A DNA stretch of 64,000 nt from Eledone cirrhosa (Eukaryota): the NCBI GenBank assembly GCA_964016885.1, contig CAXHJY010000409.1, positions 62,001 through 126,000 of the forward strand. The letters are read 5' to 3'. A model generated the notes under the pieces. That model saw nothing but the letters and a program-made list of their open reading frames with translations. It was not told the origin of the DNA and made no database searches. The translations under genes were made by a program, and so were the position numbers. The first letter of the stretch is position 1; every line of letters begins with the position of its first letter. Shown here piece by piece: positions 54,440 to 64,000 of the stretch.

Positions 54440-57400
54440 GAACAACGGAGCCAACACCAGAGCAAAAGACAGCAACGTCGCGAGGAGTACAGGGAAACCT
54501 CTCTAATTATTTTTGAGGCAAGCCAGCACACTCGCAGCGTTGCCTCGGGTGATGGCAAGGCTAATGCGCTGGAACAGCCAAGCGCTCTCGCGAGATTTGC
54601 CAGTCACCTCTATTAGGTGAGCCGCCAGTGAAGAAAGGAACCTTGCAGTCAGCAGCCCGATTCCCCTAAACGTCATAGGCTGAAAAATGTAGCTGGCCTA
54701 CAGATCAGAGTATTTGAGGGTCTTACTCCGCTCGGCTGCGGAAGCTATGGCTCTCGTCCTAACCGCAGCACCCAGGATGTGGGGAAAAGCAAAAGAGGCA
54801 CTAACAGTGACGTCCCAGACAAGGCACCTGCCTCTCATATCAGGGGCACAGAGTAAGACCGTCAGGTCTTTTGCCGTCACCTCTGGACAACCCAGATGTT
54901 CTAAGATTGAGGGGATGTTCGCCCGGGCCAAAGCTCTCTTGAGAATGAGGTTTAGCTCCGTGTGACACGCGAAGCGGCCGGCATTCAGGCGGCAAGAAAG
55001 ACCATGGAGACCTGTAGAGTCTGAGGGCAATGGAGACATGAAGTTCGTCCAGGCTGAGTAGGCCACCAACGTTGGCCACGGGTAGGGCATCGACCCAGTC
55101 GCCTGAGTATTTGGCGCTGGCAGATAGTAAGCGGTACCTTGCAAACTGATCTGACTGGACGAAAAGGGAGTCGAAGGTGGCTTTCGAACTTATGCTGTCC
55201 CAAGTTCTCTGACTTCGACTGTCCTCCACCTTCTCAGGAAGAGACAAGCCCTACTCACTCCATTGCTGGAGAGCTTCACCCAACTCCCTGTTGGAACTAG
55301 TCCATATTGGAGAGGAGAGGATGCTGCTCACCAGGGTGGAGCAAGCGTGGGTGGAGGAAAGGAAGCAGGGGAGAGAGAGGGACGCCAAATCGCTTGGGCA
55401 ACGTAGCCTGATCGCGGGACTCTGGAGAGAGTCTAACATTGACCAGGCACTCGAGTCTCTCGAAGATTAGGTCGTCGAAGCGTTGGAGGCAGGACGGAAA
55501 TCTGTGAGAGGGGCTGACCCTGAGCAGATACAGAAGCTTAGGAATAGACAAGTAGTTCCTGAGTATGAAGAAACCTTGATGGGGTTCGATAACTTCAATA
55601 TTCTTCAGCAGCTTCTCAAGGCCAACCATCTTCGATTGGAAGATTGACTCGAAGTCAAGGTCTTGGTACTCCTCAGGAGCCCCTAAGGAGCACCAAGCTG
55701 ACGGGAGAGGGACGGCGATGGAAGGGAAGGACTCTGCAAACAGGTCGATTAGCTGTTGGTGTTGAGAAGCCGGGTGGTTGAGGATCCAGAGCTCATATTT
55801 GGAGCTATTGGCCTGGAAAACCCGGCGGCCAAGCTCCTCAACCATTTTGTTGGCAGTGGCGAGAACCATATCCGGAATCCCCCCCACCCCAACCAAGCGT
55901 CTTCGAGGTACCAGACATTGAGGTCCAACTCAACCCCCATCTTGGTGACGTCATCAATGCCCAGTGCAAACAGAGCGGATCCGAGGGGGTAGAGTTGTGG
56001 GACCCTCTCTCTTACTGAGCCGAGGACGACGTCGCGGCTGACGGAGTTAAAAGCGTTCCTGAGGTCAAGTTTGCGGATGACCTTGGGGGACGAGGAGGGC
56101 AAGTTGGTAAAGGCTCTCGTAGCGTTGACAGCAGCCTCACATCCCAACTTGGTACCCACCCTCAGCTGGATGGGGGAAATATCCTCCACCAGTGAGTTGG
56201 AGACCAACAGCAAACACGCCTTTGCAATGGAGCGCAGGTCTTCGTTGGGCTTGGTGAGACCAAATACCTTCGTACCGAAGAACAGTGGGTGGATGAACGA
56301 GAGAACGTTCACTGAAGAGAACTAATTCACAAACTGAGTCAGACTCTCCAAGAGCTCGAGTTCCGCGTCACAGGCCGATAAGAAGATACCATCCTTGAGA
56401 TGTTGAGGACAAAGGCCGTCAATTCCCGCGCCTGACCCAGCGGGGAAGGATGAAATCGCCTTTCTTATGATATCAGTGGTGTAAACCGGTCTCGAGTATT
56501 CTGGTGGTTCGGGCCAGTGTAGCTGATCATCTGGGGGTACCGATGGGTGTTTCTCTTGCAGACGCTCAAGAGAATCAGAGTTACATGGAGCGAGGGAGGA
56601 CAGAGAAGAGAGGAGACGGACAGCCCCTTTAATGTCAAATTCGCTGAATTTAGCATTGAGCGCTCGCTTGAGGTCTATCGGTTGTCTGTTGGTGTACATC
56701 GGGCTCGATGTAGAACTGAGGTGAGATGTGGTTGGGGTAGACTCAAACAGCTGGAACTTCCGCTTGAGAGAGGACGTGAGGGAACCCGAATTCGCATTGT
56801 GCACGTGAAGAGAGATGAGAGAAAACAAAAACAATTTCTGCCAGTCAGACCTATTGTTGGACGAGCAAACGTTTTTCAGTAAATTAGAGAAGGCACGTGC
56901 AAAGCTATTCCGAGCTCCGTTGGGGATCCGGTTAACGAGCTTTGATTTGGAGAAACCCTGGAGGGCTGTGGCAAAGACCTCGGTAGAGAGTTGGTCATCG
57001 AAGCGTGGGGCATCCCCACGGAATAAGTCGGAGCTGAAGTGGCACCGATTACAGGTCCAGTATTGAAGCCTTTCGGCTTGAGCTTTGGTGATGCTGACAC
57101 AGCTTCTGTGGTAGCTTGCGTGGCATAGGTGTCATTTAATTGTCTTTTAGTACCGGCTAGTGCGGGCACAGAGAGCGCAATCAGGTGGTGGGCTGTCAGC
57201 AGTCGGCAGTAGAGGGCCAGCGTTGGAATTCGGTGGAGGGAGTGAGTCAGTAAAGGAAGCAGCAGTGGTTCTAACGGTGGGACTAGAGTGGAGGTTGGGT
57301 GGTGGGCTAATAGTTGTAGGGGTGGTGGGGTTTGTCGGGTTGAATTCGCTCGGAATCTGCGGTGAAGAGGATAGGTGGGGACAATTTAGCTCCTCTCGTG

Positions 57401-57500
57401 CGTGCCGAAGTTGGTGGAGAATGAGAGGTTGAAGGCTGACATAGTCGTTCCACCAAGCAGGTCTCTTGGTCGTTCGACACATGCCTCCGCCACCTAGAGT
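54440..57500 (-). mobile_element. Decayed CRE-clade non-LTR retrotransposon (RT plus C-terminal restriction-like endonuclease)
   Basis: Frameshifted ORFs with GSGAGIDGLCPQHLKD, VGTKLGCEAAV, LDLRNAFNSVSRD, VWYLED (YLDD), HGLSC..RFACHTELN, DGKRPDGLTL, CLVWDVTV and FQRISLAITRGNAASV; higher GC than the flanks; ends approximate. Confidence 0.88.
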
Positions 57501-58574
57501 GGACTAGGTTAAAGTGGTGGCAACTTTATCAATCGGCAATCGCCGGTGATAGTTCGATCGAAACATCGGGCCACCGACGGGTTGAACGAAGACATAGGTG
57601 GGCTGTGTGTGAGGACGAAGTAAGGGGTGATCAGAGGAAGGGATAGAAAGTGGAGAATGGGGAAGAAGATTATGAAGGTGAGTGTGGTCATGTGAGAGGC
57701 AGGTAAATACAGTGGGAGAGAAAGAGCAATGAACATGCAAAGAGAAGGAAAATAAAAACGCTAGAAATACAAAATCTAAGGCTGTGAGTTTGCGTAATAG
57801 TTCGCATGGGTAAATCCGCAGTAAAATAAGAAATTGTGAGTTTGTGTGAAGAAAAAAAAAACACATGGGCAAGACTTCAGTAAAATCAAAACCTGAATGT
57901 TAGTGATACAAGATGTTTACAATTACAGAGTGATTAGATTACTGGTCCTGAATTCTATCAAGTGGCCAAAGCTTCTAATTCTGTGAAATAGAATGGAAGT
58001 ATGGATTGACCTTTCAGTCACACCTGCTGACTATAAATAGATTCAGGTTATTTCAAGAGGGAGATGGGATGGTGCCATGTGTTATCTCTTCTTATGAAAC
58101 TAGTGGCGATTCCTCGTTATTTATAATTATTCATTTTTATTTTATTTTTGGGGGGTTTGTTTTTGAAAAATTGTAAGTGTACGTTAACGAGGAATGTATA
58201 ATTGTGTGATACAATTGCTCCAGGTTAGTTCCATGCGTTGTTGCCACAATCGATCCTTTAAAAAATTTTTTTTTTCCTTTTGTAGATTGTAAATGGTAAA
58301 ATCCGTTCGAATGTCCCTGGGAGTTACCAACGGAATAGTAAAATCCAGTTCTTTGAAGAATACTTTCAAGTTATCTCAGACAAAGCACACACTCGTGAGG
58401 AAAAAGGGAAAATGCTTACCTCGTTTGGTGTTGAATTTGTAGGTCCAGAAATGTTTTCCAATCACAAGAAAGTGCACATACATACATATATGTATATAAA
58501 CAGATGCATATATTAATGAACATGTATTTCACATTAAACACCAGTAAGAGGGACATCAGTAAATAATAATTGAT

Positions 58575-58932
58575 ATTACTTTTTGGCACAAGGCCAGCAA
58601 ATCACCAATGCATTACTGGTACTTTATTTTATCGACCCCGTAAGGATGAAAGGCATAGTTAACCTCGGCGGGATTTGAACTCAGACCGTAAAGGGACGTA
58701 ACTATGCTGGAAAGCATGACGTCCAACCCTCTACCGATACTGCCAATTCAAATAATTGTTTCTACTTTAGGCACAAGGCCAGCAAATCACCAGTGCATTA
58801 CTGGTACTTTATTTTATCGACCCCATAAGGATGAAAGCAAAGTCAACCTCGGCGGGATTTGAACTTAGATCGTAAAGGGACGTAACTATGCTGGAAAGCA
58901 TGGTCTCTGACTCTCTACCGATACTGCCAATC
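58575..58932 (-). mobile_element. Two tandem Deu/Nin-like SINE copies, reverse orientation
   Basis: Reverse complements of the 53237-53628 copies. Confidence 0.88.
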
Positions 58933-59267
58933 CAAACGATATTTAGATATAAATGTACATATCTCTATTTGGGTTTTTTTTTCTTCCCTGTGTGTAGCAA
59001 CACGTGGTTGTGTGTGTTGCTGCTGACTCTTGCAGAGCCCAAGAAAAACGTTTTACCCTGCTGACAGTGTTATATATATGATTACCAATCTGGCACTGGA
59101 ACACCTTCCCCACTAAAAATATGGAGTCCCTCTTTATTAGAGGCCTTAAACACGTTTATTTTGTTTAATAATCAATCCAGGGCTGAATTCGAGGGAAATT
59201 TAGCTGTTGTTATGAACTGGTCTGACAACTACTTAAAATGTCCCTAGTTGTCTCGTTGCTTATTTAT

Positions 59268-59465
59268 TCGGTAGAGCGTCGAACATGCTTTGCGGTATAG
59301 AGTTGCGTCCCTTTCCGTTCTGAGTTCAAATCTCACCGATGTAAACTTTGCCTTTCATCCTTACGAGATCGATAAAATATAGTACCAGTCACGCAATGAG
59401 TTCGATTTAATCGACTTTTCCCTCCCCTAAAATTGTTAACCTTGTGCCTAAATCGGAAACCATTT
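59268..59465 (+). mobile_element. Deu/Nin-like SINE (longer 3' variant), part of the right inverted arm
   Basis: B-box GAGTTCAAATC and core motif; 3' TTCGATTTAATCGACTT..CTTGTGCCTAAAT. Confidence 0.82.
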
Positions 59466-59656
59466 TTATTATATAATATTATTTTTAATGCTTTTTGAGC
59501 AACAACATTAGTTTATTAAACTAAAGAGAAAATGTGATAAAACTGTACAATAAGAAAACGAAAAAGAAAAAAAGAAATTAAAGAACAAAAAAAGGGTGGG
59601 TGAGGGAGCGACATATTCTATAGTAGAATGTATCAGCTGTACCCTGCAGACAAAAT

Positions 59657-59840
59657 GGTATCGATAGAGGGTCGGACGCCATGCTTATCAGCATAGAGTT
59701 ACAACCCTTTACGGTCTAAGTTCAAATCCCGCCGAGGTTAACTTTGCCTTTCATCTCTATGGGGTTGATAAAATAAAGTACCAGTAATGTACTGATATAA
59801 ATTGCTGGCCTTGTACCAAAAGTAGAAACAATTATTGTTG
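59657..59840 (+). mobile_element. Deu/Nin-like SINE, 5'-clipped
   Basis: Same core and tail as the other copies. Confidence 0.85.
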
Positions 59841-60861
59841 TGTACCATAATCTACTTATATATATAACCAGCAATTTCTCTGTCTGTCTGTCCGACAGTG
59901 GAAACACGTGCGTAGAGAGAGAGTGAGAGTGAAAGAAAGAGACAGACTACGAGAGGGGGATAGCGGGAGGGAGAGAGGGAGAGAGAGGGAGTGAATAGAC
60001 GCTAAAACACGTGCTACAGAAACATTACCTTCCCCTCTCCACTGACTTTGGTCACTGAGGCCGAGGGAATCGCTGGTTGCTATAGAGACACCTTGCACAA
60101 GCCAGAAGTAACCAGTTCGAGGCGGTTCTGACTTGACACCATGCGAAGAAGGTTGCCATTGAATTTGTGGTTGTTGATGCTGATAATAAGGACCATTTGA
60201 AGAAGGTTGCTGCTGATGAGGTAATTTATTAATCAGATTGCGCAGTTCCATAACCTACGTTTGATCTGTTCAATTTTTTTCTTCAATTTTTTTTGTTGTT
60301 TTTTTTTTATTTCTTATTGAAAAAATATAAATAATAAAATAAGGTTAGAAATTTAAATACAATTAAATACGATTTAATTTCCATTTCCAGCAGCCAATGT
60401 CCAGTGTTCAATTTCATGAAAAAATTGGAAATAATTCAAAAAATTGAAGTTTAACTTTTGAACATTTGTTTTGACAATAAAAAAATATTTCCTTATTCAC
60501 ACCTAATGGTATGATTAAAATTTCAGTATATACACTAGATTTGCTAGCAGAAAACCGCCCACCGGGTGGTTTTCTGCTAGTCTCCTTATAATATATAACC
60601 AGCAATTTCTCTGTCTGTCTGTCCGACAGTGGAAACACGTGCGCGCGTGGTTGCTATCTCTCTCTCTCTCCAGCTATCCCTCTCTTTTAGTCTGTCTGTT
60701 TCTCTCACTCTCACTCTTTCTCTTTGTAACACACTAACATTCCTCCCCTCTATCGCTGTGACGAATGGGGAGATGGAGGTGGAGGAGGAGGAGTCACTTC
60801 GTCACTTCACCTCTGCCTTTCTTTCTCTCCCCTCTCACTCCCTCATTACGTACAGACATTA

Positions 60862-61055
60862 GGGCGGTGGATTAGCAGAATCTGTAGAGAGTCAGACACC
60901 ATGCTTCATAGCATGGAGTTACGTCCCTTTACGGTCTGGGTTCAAATACCGCTGAGGTTAACTTTGCCTTTCATCCTCACGGGGTCGATAAAATAAAGTA
61001 CCAGTAATGTACTGGGTAATTGCTGGCCTTGTGCCCAAAGTAGAAACAATTATTA
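60862..61055 (+). mobile_element. Deu/Nin-like SINE nested in Helitron unit 2
   Basis: Full A-box, B-box, core and tail. Confidence 0.85.
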
Positions 61056-61171
61056 GAAACATTGCTTCATTTTTACATATCTAAGCATTAGTAAAATAAC
61101 TAATAATTTCAAAAGTAATTTTTCAATTCCAATTGTTATGAACAGCAAAACATTAATAATAATTTTGTTCT

Positions 61172-61367
61172 AAGAAATATATATACATTTCTGTGTGTGT
61201 AATATATATATATACACACAGAAATATATATACATTTCTGTGTTGTAATATATATATATAAACACACAGAAATATATATATATACACACAGAAATATATA
61301 TACATTTCTGTGTGTGTAATATATATATATATACACACAGAAATATATATACATTTCTGTGTGTGTA

Positions 61368-61404
<37 letters not shown>

Positions 61405-61412
61405 GAAATATA
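61172..61412. repeat. Compound palindromic microsatellite (ACACAGAAATATATATACATTTCTGTGT alternating with (TA)n)
   Basis: Direct inspection. Confidence 0.85.
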
Positions 61413-63249
61413 TGGGCATTTCTCTGTTTGTCTGCTGTCTGTCTGTCTGTCCTTCCCTAAAACTCAAATGTAGGTGCTACAGAAATATTACCTTCCCCTT
61501 CCTTTCTCCACTTTGGTACTACCAAGAGAAACACTGTCGCTATAGAAACATTACCTTCCCCTCTCCACTGACTTTGGTCACTAAGGCCGAGGGAATCGCT
61601 GGTTGCTATAGAGACACCTTGCACAAGCCAGAAGTAACCAGTTCGAGGCGGTTCTGACTTGACACCATGCCAAGGACTATTTGAAGATATATTTCCATCG
61701 TTATATCATAACGTTTATGTATCATAACGTTTATATTTCCGTCACTAATCTCTTTTTCTCCTTTTTCGTTTTAACATATATTTATTTCAAAGATTTCACC
61801 GTATAGATAACATATATATTTATACATGCATAAAAGACACACCGAAAGACGGTGAACATGTGGTGCCGAAAACACTTCTCATCCAAATCTCAACAATATC
61901 AGTATATACACTAGATTTGCTAGCAGAAAACCGCCCACCGGGTGGTTTTCTGCTAGTCTATATATATAAAACAGAGGATGTCTGTCTGTGTGTCTATTTT
62001 CCTAAAACTCGAGAAGTACCCAACCGTTTTTTTTTCAAACTTTACTCATGTAACCCGTATGACCCCGGAAGTGTTTTGAGCAAAAAAATTTCAAATTATT
62101 CTGACCTAGGGATCGAATTAGTGAAGTGGCCAATGTCTGTACATAATGAGGGAGTGAGAGGGGAGAGAAAGAAACGGAGAGGCGAAATGAAGAAGTGGCT
62201 CTCTACTCCTCCTCCTCCTTATCCCCATTCGTCACAGCGTTTTTCGATAGAGGGGAGAAATGTGAACGAGTTACAGAGAAAGAGTGAGAGTGAAAGAAAC
62301 AGACAGACTAAAAGAGGAGGATAGCGGGAGAGAGAGAGAGAGAGTGACAGACGCCGTCTTTTGAGAGTTGTATGCGTCAAAGATACATGACAGTGGAATA
62401 ACTATTGCGTGTGTGTGTACGTACCCGCGTGTGTGTGTGAGTTTGTGTGCGTTTGCATGCGTGAGTGTGTATGTGTGCGTGAGTGATTATAAACTCTCTC
62501 ACATGGTCTGATGGAATTAACCCTTTAGCATTTACATTACTCTATATATACTATATTATTTTCATGGTAAAGGCTTTATCTCATATAATATAAAAATCTC
62601 ATAGATTTAATATTATTTATTTTGAGAACAATACCTTAACCCTTTAGTATTAATGTGAGTGAGTTATAAAGAGAAAGAGTGAGAGTGAAAGAAACAGACA
62701 GACTAAAAGAGGGGGATAGCGGGAGAGAGAGACGCTGGAAGAGGGGAAGGAAAGCTATATGTCTTGCTGTCTGCATTACGATACATATATATACACACAC
62801 ACACTGATCGCGTCATAATGACGTAATACAGACAGATATTATAAGGGCGCAACGTTATATCTATGTATCTATCTAAAAGGAAAGACTAAGAATTATAGAG
62901 AGAGATCGCTAAATCGCCTAATGCTGTCCCCAGGGCATTGTACATTTGAAATATTTTTTGCTCAAAACACTCACAGGACCATAAGTATTACATGTGTAAA
63001 GTTTGAAAACAATCGGTTGGGTGGTTCTCAAGTTTTAGTGAGCTGACAGACAGACAGACATTCCCTGTTTTAGATATATAGATATATATATAATTATATA
63101 TTCGTGTACAGATATTTTTGCATACACAATAACAAAATATAAATAAACGTATTTATTTCACGAGGCTCAATAAGGATAAATATATATCAAATATATAAGA
63201 ATCCCGAGTAACGCCGGGCCATTCTGCTAGTATTATTATATAATAAATA

Positions 63250-63440
63250 TTGATAGAACGTCGAACATTCTTAGTTGCATACAGTTGCGTCCCTCTACGT
63301 TTTGAGTTCAAAGATTAGTTTTGCCTTTCACCCTTATGGGGTTGATAAAATATAGTACTAGTAATGTACTGGGATCGATGTAATCAACTTCCCCTTCCCC
63401 CCAAAATTGCTGACCTTGTGCCTAAATCATAAACCATTAT
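63250..63440 (+). mobile_element. Degenerate Deu/Nin-like SINE
   Basis: GAGTTCAAA, TTGCCTTTCACCCTTATGGGGTTGATAAAAT and CTTGTGCCTAAAT. Confidence 0.78.
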
Positions 63441-63711
63441 TGTATAATTTAGTTTTATTATTGTTATATAATATAATATTAAAATTTGGAAATGTATAAT
63501 TGTTCAGTATTATAGAAGTTAAGGGCCCAAAAACACTTGATTGAGGAGGTTTTCTTCTATGAAGACCTTCTGCTGTTCAGCTCTCATGAGAGTTCCTTAC
63601 CTCTATATATTTAGAAAATGTTCATACTAACACATCTAAACATTACAGTCACCACTAAATAATTATGTAACGGGAACTGAATCAGTAGGAATTATATCAG
63701 CTACTATGTAA

Positions 63712-64000
63712 CATCATCATCATCATCCTCACCACCACCATCACCAGCTTACATCTCTCCATGCTTGCATAGGTTGGACAGGTCCTCTCTAGCACAACTT
63801 TCCTCCTCTGTTGTGTCCCTTCGTCACTCTTCTGCGAGCTTCAGCATTTTGAGATCAGTTCTAATCATATATTGTAGTAATAGGTAGGTGAAAAAATTCA
63901 AGGTATAGAGCTACTCAAGTCTGTAGGGTCAGTTTCATCATCATCGTCACCGTTTTAGGTCCGTTCTTCCACGCTAACATGGGTTAGACGGGTTGACCTG
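63712..64000 (-). mobile_element. Two 3'-end fragments of the (GAT)n-tailed RTE family (~63712-63785 and ~63937-64000)
   Basis: (CAT)n followed by TCCATGCTTGCATAGGTTGGAC and TTCCACGCTAACATGGGTTAGACG. Confidence 0.75.

Larger units (their letters stand above)
59851..63230 (+). mobile_element. Compound non-autonomous Helitron-like array: three head-to-tail units (59851-60580, 60581-61956, 61957-63230)
   Basis: A|TC start, two hairpin+CTAG|TC junctions, final CCCGAGTAACGCCGGG hairpin + CTAG|T; (CTGT)n near each 5' end; no TSD. Confidence 0.8.

Noticed and set aside
54714-57432. Plus-strand ORFs over the CRE element
   Set aside because: Antisense shadows of the GC-richer retrotransposon ORF
61136-61657. 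Tyr/Ile/Cys-rich ORFs
   Set aside because: Translations of (TA)n/(CA)n microsatellite
34393-63440. tRNA genes suggested by A/B-box motifs
   Set aside because: No cloverleaf; each continues into a SINE core and tail

Overview
AT-rich eukaryotic, repeat-dominated DNA with no convincing host protein-coding gene. The repeat families resemble those I recall from octopod/coleoid cephalopod genomes; this assignment is inference, not verified. More than half of the window is tandem arrays: 49-bp (1-20.9 kb, interrupted by a young 5'-truncated RTE LINE with a 7-bp TSD), 47-bp (21.1-25.1 kb), 48-bp (28.9-29.6, 36.3-36.7 and 38.7-43.9 kb), 58-bp (32.7-33.4 kb) and several smaller ones. The rest holds RTE-clade LINE fragments and their (GAT)n-tailed 3' derivatives, tRNA-derived SINEs, a decayed CRE-clade RT/RLE retrotransposon (about 54.4-57.5 kb) enclosed by a mirror-symmetric 6.8-kb arrangement, and a head-to-tail Helitron-like triplet (59851-63230). 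The most notable pattern is that several arrays grew in situ out of transposon sequence. In particular, the same ~48-bp module of one RTE 3'-UTR family was independently amplified to about 14 and about 107 copies. Fold-back hairpins recur at insertion and array junctions.
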